Source: Octopus vulgaris
Lineage: Eukaryota
Direction: 5' to 3'
Length of the DNA: 64,000 nt
NCBI GenBank assembly: GCA_951406725.2
Contig: OX597822.1
Span: forward strand, 72,540,001 to 72,604,000
In this document: in pieces, positions 52,419 to 64,000 of the stretch
Layout: the number at the start of each line of letters is the position of its first letter
Position numbering within the stretch: the first letter of the stretch is position 1
The notes under the pieces: generated by a model
Told to the model about the DNA's origin: nothing
Database searches by the model: none
What the model saw: only the letters and a program-made list of their open reading frames with translations
Position numbers and translations under genes: made by a program

Positions 52419-52992
52419 TTACTAAGTCTCTCTAAAAGAGATCGCGACAGCGCTACTGGAAATTAATTGATATCGCCATACTAATATGGTAGTCTTGTTT
52501 GAAGGCTTAAAATGGATACAGTTTGTGTATCAAGTAGCTATCTTAAGGCGGATGGCCTCATGGAGCTAATAAGCGACGGTTTTAGTCTTATATAAGACTA
52601 CCATATTAGTATGGCGATATCAATTAATTTCCAGTAGCGCTGTCGCGATCTCTTTTAGAGAGACTTAGTAATTTTAATATTTCTATTATTGAAAACAAGT
52701 GGATGAATTCCACCGAAACTAGGTAAATAAAGGCCTTCGAACAGAGACGTTAGTGGTGACACCTGCTGGGTCTGGCTACGCTACATTGACAAAGGGCAAA
52801 TACCCTGAAACGCGTCTGTAGCTGTTGGACTAGCAGTGTGAAGCGGCTGACCTCCCTTGTTCGAAGGCTTAAAATGGATACAGTTTGTGTATCAAGTCGC
52901 TATCTTAAGGCGGATGGCCTCATGGAGCTAATAAGCGACAGTTTTAGTCTTATATAAGACTACCATATTAGTATGGCGGTATCAATTAATTT
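52419..52992 (+). mobile_element. PLE/retrozyme-type insertion: 78-bp inverted end plus 362-nt partial tandem unit with a decayed hammerhead (52780-52822)
   Basis: IR 52419-52496/52594-52671; direct repeat 52494-52630/52856-52992; GCUACA-uUGACaA-AGGG...CCCU-GAA-ACGCGU-C-UGUAGC. Confidence 0.75.
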
Positions 52993-53101
52993 GTATATAT
53001 ATAGATGTACATGTAATATGTACACATATATATATATACACATATATACATGCATAATATATCTACCCATACACACATACGCACACACACACACATACAT
53101 A

Positions 53102-53235
53102 GGGGCAGGTGTGGCTGTGTGGTAACAAACTACGTTCCAAACACATGGTCCTGCGTTCAGTCCCACTGTGTGGTGACTTGGCATGTGTCTTCTGCTGTAG
53201 CTTCAGACCAACAAAAGCCTTCTCAGTGGATTTTG
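53102..53235 (+). mobile_element. SINE family A 5' half
   Basis: GCAGGTGTGGCTGTGTGGTAA head and GTTCAGTCCC B-box-like motif. Confidence 0.7.
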
Positions 53236-53249
53236 TACATATATACAGG

Positions 53250-54360
53250 CATTCATACATTCAGGCAGGGTCAAATAGCCTCCCCACTGCTGTCATTCGT
53301 GAAACAACCTACGACACTCAAATGCCTTCATGCAACATCAACAAAAGCTGCACTATGGCTCACAAGGGAGCTTTGGAAGCATTATATAGAGCCCTGAAAG
53401 ACATCCGAGACTGTCAGGCTCCAATGGGAGATGTAACGCTTCTGTTGTCAGGTGATTTCAGGCAAACTCTTCCTGTCATTCCGAAGACACTAGAGCTGAT
53501 GAAGTTCAAGCACGCCTAAAGTCCTCTACCCTGTGGCATCATGTTACAATCTTTAGTCTCACCACTAACATGAGAGCCCAGCTATACGGCGACAAAATGT
53601 CCACAAAGTTTGCACAGGACATTTTGACACTTGATGAATGCAAGATGCCTCTCGATGCTGCAGGACAAATGGAAGTGTGGTCATTTTCCTCTGTTGTTAA
53701 TTCTGTAGATGACCTCAAAAACAAAGTGTTTCCCAACTTCACAGAAAACTACCAAAATCACAATTGGCTGTGTGAAAGAGCAATATTAGCTCCAAAAAAC
53801 GTCGCTGTTAGCAAAATTAATCAACAGCTAATGCATTCTCTTCCCGGCACTATACACACAAGTCTGTTGATACAATTCCTGACATAAATGAAGTTGTGAA
53901 CGATCCTCCTGAATTTCTCAATTCACTGGAGCCTCCTCGACTACCTCCACACATATTAGCACTTAAAGTTGGTACTCCTGTAATGCTACTCCGCAATCTG
54001 GAACCACCAAGACTTTGCAATGGAACACGAATGGTGATAAAGAAAATGATGTCACACGTTATTGAGGCGATCATTATTTCTGGATGTGGAAAAAGTGATG
54101 ACGTCTTTATTCCAAGATTTCTTCTAACTCCATCAGGAGCAGAAATTCCATTTACATTCAGAAGACTGCAATACCCACTTCGTGTCAGCTTTGCCATGTC
54201 CATTAACAAATCTCAGGGTCAAACCCTCTCTGTAACTGGTCTTCTCTTGGAAAAGCCCTGCTTCTCGCATAGGCAACTGTATGTTGGCTGCTCAAGAGTA
54301 GGAACCAAAAGAATGCTCCACAAGGAAAAACAAGGAACATTGTTTACAACGAGGTGTTAT
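53250..54360 (+). pseudogene. Helitron RepHel PIF1-like helicase C-terminal remnant, frameshifted
   Basis: GDFRQTLPVIP, ERAILAPKN, PPHILALKVGTPVMLLRNL..PRLCNGTR, QYPLRVSFAMSINKSQGQTL, QLYVGCSRV. Confidence 0.93.
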
Positions 54361-54572
54361 CATCTCAACAGCCAGGAGGTATATACATGATCCCCTTGTT
54401 TGAACAAACTTCATGTACTTTCATGTATTTATATTAATATACATATATTTGTGTGTGTGTGTGTGTGTGCGTGTGTGTGTATATCCATATATATATATAT
54501 ATATATATATATAACACAAAAGTATAATTCTTCTATTGAATGTAACCGGGCAACGCCGGGTATCTCTGCTAG

Positions 54573-54603
<31 letters not shown>

Positions 54604-55468
54604 ATGGACTCTCCTGTCATAGACCATGCATGATTATTTGGAATTTTGCCGAACGACTAGCGCAAATGATTTGTGTATACTATTCAAAATGTAGGTCACG
54701 TACAGTAGCTCACTCCTTTCATCAAATGGACGTTGTGTGTACAGATACGCGGTGTAACACGGACCAGTTATCGAAGTGGTGGCAGAACAGCCTGAGCTGA
54801 AGTGTTTTGCTCAAGAACACGACACACCACGCGATCTACGAATTGAAACCACGATCTCACGAGTGCAACACCTTAACCGTTAGGTTAAGCGTCCTCGTGA
54901 ATACAGAAAACAATAACAATAAGGCTCTAAACAAAAAAAAAACCCCACCTGGTTACAAAGCAAGCACTTTAAGCCTGTAGCCACGTCCGCGAGGAATAGC
55001 GATCATTTATATAATACACAATAACGGAGCAGCGTCTATATTTCATTCACCACGACTTTAGGTTAAAACCTCGTCATACGGTCTAGTCTTCAATATAAAT
55101 ACAAGGGTGCAATACAGCATAATAAGTTTTGCTACAATTTTACCAGCATAGTTGTGTATAAGAATAAAATTACAGATGTAGTAATCTTTGAATTCGTTTG
55201 ATAGTTAAGAGCGCTAACTACTTGACGTAAATATGAATAATAACAGATAGCAATATTCGAAATAAAAACAAGTCACAAGAGATTAAAGTGTGTTGTATTC
55301 AGAGATGTTGTCTCCCAAGCATGTAACATTGAATGCTAATACAACCTTTCTGGACGTTTACAAAATCTAAAAGAAAATTTTTCAAACAACAATACGATAT
55401 CAATGGAAATTATATATTCTCTCGTTTGCTATAACTTTCTAACCGCGGAATTTCCATAGGGAATGTTA

Positions 55469-55577
<109 letters not shown>

Positions 55578-55984
55578 GCGTGAACGCACACTCACATATG
55601 TGTGTGTATTTATACGTAGACATGTGTATGGGTATTCAGTAATATATATATATATCCTTACGCTTGTGTGAACGCCTTTTATATGAATTGGAATATACCA
55701 GTTTGCGTAGATGTGTGAGTTGGTTTGTGTGTATGTGTGTAGGCATTGATAACGTTAGTTTTACACTAAAAGTACATTGGGCGAGGGTGGAATAGTATTC
55801 AGCTAAAATACGTTGACTTTTTGACATTCTTCCGAATGTATACATTACTGCAATCACATTTTAATTATGACCTACCTCCAAATCGATACAGTAGCTTGTC
55901 CTGAACTAGAACATTGAAGACATTTGATACTCACACATACCCCACTCCCATCACATATATATGGACAAAATGTATGCATGTATT

Positions 55985-56190
55985 ATATGTAAATTGAATC
56001 GTTGCCGATCTCTTCCTCTGTTTTCCTTTTCTCTTGTACTTTCCTCTCTCTCCCGTTTCTGAAGAAGAACTTTGCTCGTAAAACCACCTTTTTTCCTTCA
56101 CCGAGCCTCTGCTAATACTTTGCATGTACCACGTCCTCGCGTTGTTATTTTTTTTCTTATGCCTGTTCTTCGTCTTTTGGGATTTACTAT
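55985..56190 (+). mobile_element. PLE pseudo-LTR fragment with partly deleted hammerhead
   Basis: Reverse homologue of 4961-5148; CTGAAGA present but GAAAC deleted. Confidence 0.6.
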
Positions 56191-56365
56191 ATATATATAT
56201 ATATATATATATATTCGAGCTAATTGCATATTTCCACATATGGTATTTAATTTACTGGCTCATTTACTGAACTTGCAAGAATGAACGGTGTGAGTACAAA
56301 CATAAATACAGATATACGCACGCAAATACACTCACACGTGCATATTCATCACACACACACACACT

Positions 56366-56419
<54 letters not shown>

Positions 56420-58317
56420 AAAGTGGTTTCTCCCTGTTTCTGTCTACCAATTCGCTCACAAGATATTAGTCAACCAGGGACTATATTAGAAGATGCTTGC
56501 ACGAAATACCTCGGTGTAGGATAAACCTTGAACCTACCTACCTACAAAGTGGTCTTTAACTAGAGAGCCCTATCTCCACTTATGTACATATAATTGTAAT
56601 CTCCCGTTAAACTACTCGTTGAAAATTCATTACATCTCGTATATACATTTTCCCAAAGAACAGAAACATATTTCTGATAGTATCCTGGTTGTTCGAGGGG
56701 AAACATAGGCGAAACCTGTAGCATGATTACGGGGTTCAGATGAAGATGGTACAATCTGGAAAACGTTTTTACAGACGCGGTACTTTGGGGTTTGTTGTAT
56801 AAACCTCTATGAAAAAAGTGGGGCGGAAAACTCAAGGGCATGCACTTCAGCTACTCCACTAGTGAAAACCACAAATGTTTTAGCTATCAAGGTTACCGAT
56901 CCAATCTAAAAGATTTGTAAATGTGGAACTATGTTTTAGCAATACTAATTATTTTTGCAAAGAATTAATCGCTATTTAAATATGTAGCAGGATCAGGTAA
57001 CCCAGGAGAACTGCACCTGGGTTTCCTGCGCTTGCTAATTTGATACCACTGCATTGATTTAGTCTCTCTTAATATATATTTCATGAAAATTTTAGATCAA
57101 GTCTGAACATCTGACATTGCATATAGAGAGAATACATTATCTTGTCAGGAGACAACATTTAGTTATATAAGAGAGAGCCATATGTTACAGGAAAGCCTGC
57201 TGAACCATTATACTTCGTTTATATCCTAACTACCGCTATCAGTATTTCGAACATCACAAAATTCCGTTTCTTTATAAATCAATAGCGCTTTTCATTACTG
57301 TTTTTCTGTTTTAAAAGAAATATTTTTCAGTATATTATTCTATATACTTTATGACTATATATGATATTACGCCTTTATTACAAATACGGATAAAATAAAT
57401 TACATTTATATTGATATTATACATTTTTTATCCATTCTCTTTATCATAACATTCGATGATGAAAAATTGGGTTGTTTCGGATTTTTGAAACGGCATTATA
57501 AAAGAAAAGCCCGGTGCATACATGAACAAATTAATAAACAGATAATATAAAAAGTTGTCTTCTTTAGTAAGCATTACCAAACAACATACGGTAGGAGGAG
57601 AAACTGTGTACAATAATTCATCTTCCAAAGATATTTTGGTTTATAGTATGGCAATAATTTGCATAATTCCTTGCGATCACCTTTGCTAGATTCCATTACA
57701 ATACTCTTTGATTTCATGCATTTATATACAGTACCTTTGCGCAATTTTAGTATTTATAGCTCACTTTTTATATCTTCGGTTCTTCGAATATAGCAGTCTA
57801 TTACATGAATACTCTTCGCTACTCTGTCTGCTTGCTTTTCTGTTATATATTTCTTTTTGTTCTTTTTTTTACCACTTTGCCTGGCTCACTAACTTGCTGT
57901 TTCAGAAACATGGTGTGTGCTGATTATGGGAATATATAGTAAGTTACTTTTTAGTAGGAGTCTGTAGAGTCGTATATATCGATGCTCAGGCATAGCTGAT
58001 ATTTGCACGCGCACATATATAGCTCACTCGCTCATTCCCAATCTTTCTCTCTATCTCTCACGTTCTCCTCCATTCTCTCTCTCCCCTCTCTCCTTTTACA
58101 TGTGTGTGTTTGTGTATGTATATATATATGTGTGTATATATATATAAGTAAATATGTATATGAACAAAAAATTAAGAGAAAGAGAGACTTATAGACGCAG
58201 TTAAAATTATAAACGCTGCTCTTTACACCTGAAACATTAAATTGCGTCTTATACAGCTGCAAAGTATTTCATAAATAGTAATCTCTCTCTCTCTCTCTCT
58301 GTATCTATCTATCTATC

Positions 58318-58410
<93 letters not shown>

Positions 58411-58707
58411 TAGTGTCCTGTAGATTTTCTTTGTGATGCCATTTAAAACACTGCATCGCTCTGAAAGCACATGTCAAAGGCACGAAAATAGACCAGCTGA
58501 CTTCATTGGACGACTGTAATTAGAACAAAGACAATGTATGCAATCAATCTGTCACTAAAAATAAAAAGGAAAACTGTAAATCACCCTTCAGCATTCCAAT
58601 AATGAACAGAGACAGGATAAGATTCGACTCAGGCAGTGTGTGGCGCTCTTTTGTTGCTTTATAAGTGCATATAAAATACGGAGAATCACACTGAGTAATA
58701 TTATCAT

Positions 58708-58759
<52 letters not shown>

Positions 58760-60229
58760 TGTATGTATGTATGTATGTATGTATGTATGTATGTATGTGT
58801 GTGTGTGTGTGTGTGTATAAAGTCAATAAAAGAAAATAGAGAAGAAAAATATAATAGACGCTTGGTTCATTTTATTTGTATCATAATGGCAATGGAAAAG
58901 CAATGCAAATTAAAAGAGATACCTATAATAACAAGTATAACAAAAACCGCATCAACAAAACAATCTAAAAATATCCTCCAAAAATTCCAACATATGTTTC
59001 AATCTGACAGTATGTTTGAATCCTCAATATTCTAACTATTATAGATGTAATAAACGATATATTGCCGGATATCTTCAAGGAAACGTATGTATATTTTCAG
59101 GTCTTGAATTACGAAATAACTTATTTGAGGAGTATGTTTAAGAATTTTCAAATGTAAACAACTTATTAGGACGCAGATTTCAAGTAATTAGAAATTGATC
59201 GTTTAAAATTTAGCTAATATTGAACGTGGAAAATGCTGCTAAAACATGAAATTCATTTGAAAAATATATCTATAATTATATCTAAATATATTTATAAAGT
59301 GTATGTGAGGGAGATGATAGAACGATAAATGAACGATATCAAGAAGGGTGTAATATACAAAGAATTAGATCGAGAAATGTTAATAAAGATGGGATGAAAT
59401 GTTTTATATTATCATACGATAATTTGTTTTTATAAATACTACAGAGAAATATATTTATATTTATAAAAGTTTATGGAAGGAAGATGGGATAAATACTAAG
59501 AATGGTATAATATTCAAGAATGGTATAATATTCAAAGAATTAGATTAAGAAATGTTAGTAATGAAGGTATGGTAAATTTGTTTGTATTATACAACGACGA
59601 TGTTTCTTAGAAGTACTCTCTCTCTCTTTCTCTCTCTCTCTTGTGTCATGCCATATTCATGCCTTTGATGAATCTTGGCTTGTTCCTCCTCCATTTATTT
59701 CTGTCTTTCGCAACATCACCCTGGTCTTTCTCACTCTGCACGTTCATTCCCTTCTTCATCCAGTCGAAGATCTTCATTCATTTAGGAATTGTATGTGTGA
59801 GTATGCGTGAAAAGAGAGAGAAGAGAGACAGTGTGGGATGAGAGAGTATTCTACATGTAGTATTTTGGAATTAGATTTCTTCTGATTCTTACAACATGGA
59901 TTCAGTATTTAAGTTCATTTGCATCATGACAGCGAATATACCCTTACCTGAAAAACTGACACAGTAAAAATATGAATAAATGTAATGATATGCATGTGTG
60001 TGCGTAAGCGTGTATTATTAGGAAGGTATTTATGTTTGTGCACGAATATATGTATCTATCTAACATGTGCATATATAGAGAGATAAATAAGTAGATAGAA
60101 AGGCAGTGAAATCGCAAGATATTGATATATATATATGTACAAGTACACACATACGTGTGTGTGTGTGAGTGTTATACACATTCAGACCTCTAAGCTGAGT
60201 TGGGACCCATTTCACAAGAAATTTAAATA

Positions 60230-60274
<45 letters not shown>

Positions 60275-61096
60275 AATGAAACATTTACAAGAGAGATGTA
60301 ACAAGTGGCATCGAGGAGATTTCCAGGTGACGCAACATCATGACCGCAGTCTGACGAACGAAACGATTAAAATATGCGCGCGCATGTTTTCGTAAGCCTC
60401 TTCACATTTCTGTATACAAATGCGAGTTTGTACTTATATACATTGGTATTTGAGTTTGTGTGCATGCTCTTTGTATGTATGTATGTATGTATGTATGTAT
60501 GTATGTATGTATGTATAAATGTATGTATGTATGTATGTATGTGTGTGTATATATTTATATATATATATATATATATATGTATGCGCATAGTTTTTGAATA
60601 TGTTTTTACTGTGTGTCCTTCATAATTCATCACCTGCAACACATTATATAAAGAATGCATAAATGTTACTTTAAATCATTCAGATATTCGTGTTATTTCA
60701 CGTGGGACCATTTTCTGCTGGAAGCCAGAGATTAATTTTCAAATTCACACGCAACAACAAACCACAATAAATGAAAAAAAAAAAGTGAAATAAAAATTGG
60801 CACTCATACAATTCTTGTAACTTACCAACCTTTCTCTCTTAACATTACCTTAATTAAAATGGAACTTGGCAATTATTGTCCTCGAGCAATATTTCAGTTC
60901 AGTGGGTTAGAAGGTGACACGATTTAAAACATTAATATTGATGTCTGCATAGAATACGAAAAATAATCATATTTGTCTTTTTTTCTGTTATACGGGCATT
61001 TCCATAAGCTCGATAAATTTCAATATCTTAAACCAATTAATATTTAAGATTATGTATTTTCGTTGCTGTCTTTTTATTAACCAGGTTCGTACCGTA

Positions 61097-61222
61097 CCAG
61101 AATACTCTGTTGCTGTCCCAGAATACACCGCTGCTGCCCCAGAATACTCTGTTAATTTTCCAGAATACACTGTTGCTGCCTCAGAATACACTGTTACGTT
61201 TCCAGAATACACTGCTGCTCTT
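61097..61222 (+). repeat. 21-bp minisatellite, 6 copies (CCAGAATACWCTGYTRNNNNN)
   Basis: Six indel-free units; see the finding on a possible exon. Confidence 0.9.
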
Positions 61223-61714
61223 TCAACTTAGACGGTAGCACTTTATTCTGTACAAAACTGTGGCTTTCCCTTTCCTTCTTCAGAGATACAGCTGTTGTTT
61301 ATGGAAGAAAGAAATTCTTCATTTGCAAGAGTACATTTCAAAAAACATTAAAAAAAAATATAAAACTCAATTTCTTTTGTGATAGAATTTTCCACCATCA
61401 TTACAAAGATGATTGTTATTTAAAAAAAAAAATTAATGCCGTGTAGAAAATACAAAAGGGGAATCAACAAGAATAAATGACAAAGGCTTTTGTTTTTATT
61501 AAGGAGATCACAAATTTACAGGAGACGTTGTAGTTCATAAAATAGACTACTAATAATAAATAATAGTTTTTTTTTTCGTTTGATTATTTTATCCGGCTCT
61601 GCAGTGAATACTAAAGCAAATCGTTTTTGAGAAGTGTTGAATAACATCATGCAATTTACATATTTTTGTTGTCATGTATTTGTAATTATATAACTCGAAG
61701 GGTGGTATGATATG

Positions 61715-61755
<41 letters not shown>

Positions 61756-61869
61756 CAAGATTATATATATACATACATGCTCACACATATACTCGTATAT
61801 TATATATAAATATATATGTACATAGTTACATATATATATTATATCATATATCAAACAATATATATGATT

Positions 61870-61900
<31 letters not shown>

Positions 61901-61909
61901 ATATTTATA

Positions 61910-61990
<81 letters not shown>

Positions 61991-62170
61991 GTACATATGC
62001 ATGTATATATGTATGCATGTCTTAAAATATATGTATGCATGTCTTGAAATATATGTATATACATATGCAGTCGCACACTTATATATACATACAAACATAT
62101 ATAGTCATATATATATATATAGATAGACAGAGAGACAGATAGATAGATAGATGGACAGACCTATAGAGAA

Positions 62171-62216
<46 letters not shown>

Positions 62217-62847
62217 TTGATAGACAGACAGATAGATATAATACATACATATATACATATATAGAGAGAGATATAGATATGATGACTAGAGAAGAACTAA
62301 AAGAAAACAATAAAGGTTTCAGTCTTGCCAGTCACATGAATTTAAACAAAGAAGACTAAAATGTGTATTACATGCCATACATGATAAATGCTTATTTTAA
62401 TGAAATTATAACCCTTGCATTAATAAATTGTAAATAGTTAACGTGAATAGAAGCTGAAGAGAATAATTAGTATAGGGTAGTAGTAGTAGTATGAATTTGG
62501 TAAAGAAAAATGAATAAAAGAAATTAAATATCATGGGAGATTATTTCTTGTTCTGAATTCGTGAGAAAGTAAGCCAACACCTGGTGGCACTTTGTAGAAA
62601 CTATTCCATGCGTGTGCGTGTGTGTGAGTGCGATCGTTTGTGTGTGTGCGTGTGTGCGATCGTTTGTGGGGGTGTGTGGGGGGTGTAATTCACTCAGGAT
62701 TGGTATATGGAAACTATATTACATATATGTATATGTCTTTATAATATATGTATATGTATACATAAATCTAATATATAAATATACACGTATATATATATAT
62801 ATATATATACATATGTATATATATATATGAAATTTATGTTTATGTAG

Positions 62848-62882
<35 letters not shown>

Positions 62883-62911
62883 CATGCATGCATACATATA
62901 TATATATATAT

Positions 62912-63860
62912 CTTGTTTGTATGTCCTGTACTCTACTTTTTCGTTGTTTAAAAAAATGTCCATTTTCTCGGTTTTGTGTTTATGTTTTCGTTTCTCATTG
63001 TGTTCGTCGTTTTTTTGGTGTCCTGTACCCATATATGCATGTATATATACATGTAGAGGTAGGTACGTACATATATGTATGTATAAATGCATGTTTTATT
63101 TATTTATTTATATATGACTGAACGCACGCATCCATTTCTAAGTAAGATTGTTCTTAATATTAATACTGATGCGCACTCTTAACCTTTCTCCCTCCCTCCC
63201 TTTCTCAGCCTTCATTCTTTTTCTTCTACCTTACTGTCTCTCCCTCTCTCTCTCTCATTCTTCATTCTTTTCTCTACCACCATCCCCGTTTTTTCTCTCC
63301 CTTTATCTTACTCCTCCTCCCCCCTCCCGTCGCGGTCACGTGATGAGATGCCTATTTCTGTCTTTTCTTCTCCAGCTTCCTCCAAGTAGGGACGGTAAAA
63401 TCTGTTGCTCTGCCGATCCCAAAGAATAGCGTTCGTAAAAAAAATTCTTATCTCGTTTGGCTTAATAGCCCTCCTTGTTTGTGTTACTGTTATTCTCCGT
63501 TGTCCTGTTTATATTTTGTACTGTCGTTACTGTCCTGTTTTTGTTACCAGTTCCCCCCCCCCGCAGAAAAATCTCAAATTTTATTTAATTTGATTTCCGC
63601 GGGAAGGAAAATTTCATTGAAGTCATGTATCGCCTGACCTTCGAAACGTGGAGTAGATGAAATTAAGGCGACTGAAGAAGGGGAATTTTCCTTGTTTTTA
63701 TGTCCTGTACTCTATTTTTTCGTTGTTTAAAAAATGTCCATTTCCTCGGTTTTGTGTTTATGTTTTCGTTTCTCATTGTGTTCGACGTTTTTTTGGTGTC
63801 CTGTACCCATATATGCATGCATGTATATATACATGTAGAGGTAGGTATGTACATATATTA
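62912..63860 (+). mobile_element. ~0.78-kb retrozyme-like element with direct terminal repeats (copy 3)
   Basis: Direct repeats starting at 62912 and 63691 (period 779); (TA)n on both flanks. Confidence 0.8.
63604..63693 (+). ncRNA. Candidate non-circularly permuted hammerhead ribozyme (copy 3, core intact)
   Basis: CAUGUA^UCGCCU-ga-CCUUC-GAAACGUG-linker-AGGCGA-CUGAAGA-A-GGGG; predicted cleavage after 63629. Confidence 0.7.
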
Positions 63861-63865
63861 TTATG

Positions 63866-63909
<44 letters not shown>

Positions 63910-64000
63910 ATTTCAGAGATGGAGAAATGAACACATATATATATATATATATGTATATATAACTTTATTTATTGGCCACACAGGGCTGAACACAGAGGGG

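Larger units (their letters stand above)
51562..54572 (+). mobile_element. Internally deleted Helitron with duplicated 5' end and nested insertions
   Basis: A|TC...TATATAAAA starts at 51562 and 52076 (tandem 5' ends); PIF1 remnant; 3' GC hairpin CCGGGCAACGCCGG followed by CTAG|T at 54569-54573. Confidence 0.8.

Noticed and set aside
52685-52730. Second hammerhead in the 362-nt unit (GTGGA/TCCAC-GAAAC-TAG-GTA)
   Set aside because: No acceptable CUGAnGA at the required position.
53109-54390. Host PIF1 helicase gene
   Set aside because: Frameshifted, intronless and bounded by Helitron termini.
59340-59600. Diverged ~175-bp tandem duplication
   Set aside because: Ordinary old AT-rich duplication with no structure or coding signal.
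61097-61222. Repeat array as a CRISPR
   Set aside because: Contiguous 21-bp units with no unique spacers, no cas genes, and a eukaryotic context.
63604-63693. Reading the motif as an ordinary type II hammerhead
   Set aside because: Requires GAAG (G15.1) and a non-pairing stem III in all three copies, whereas the internal GAAAC segment covaries with the strand before GUH. Kept only as an alternative to test.

Overview
AT-rich animal intronic/intergenic DNA. The SINE families and abundant (TA)n/(CA)n tracts fit an octopus (coleoid cephalopod) genome; this is an inference. I find no intact protein-coding gene, and most listed ORFs are microsatellite artefacts. The window is a patchwork of mobile-element debris: three tRNA-derived SINE families, a Dong/R4-type LINE, Tx1-like and RTE-like LINE ends, two mariner remnants, a Helitron with a PIF1 helicase remnant, and many Penelope-like element (PLE) pieces. 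The PLE pieces include GIY-YIG remnants, fold-back palindromes and pseudo-LTRs, and carry about ten intact or decayed hammerhead ribozyme (HHR) motifs. The most notable signal is a ~0.8-kb non-coding repeat with direct terminal repeats, present three times (2022-3062, ~50540-51395, 62912-63860). It contains all three hammerhead core segments in a non-circularly permuted order (NUH, then GAAA, then CUGAnGA), with compensatory base changes in stems I and III between copies. A second signal is a SINE subfamily that shares its 3' tail with a Tx1-like LINE and repeatedly sits at the same two sites inside related SINE heads.
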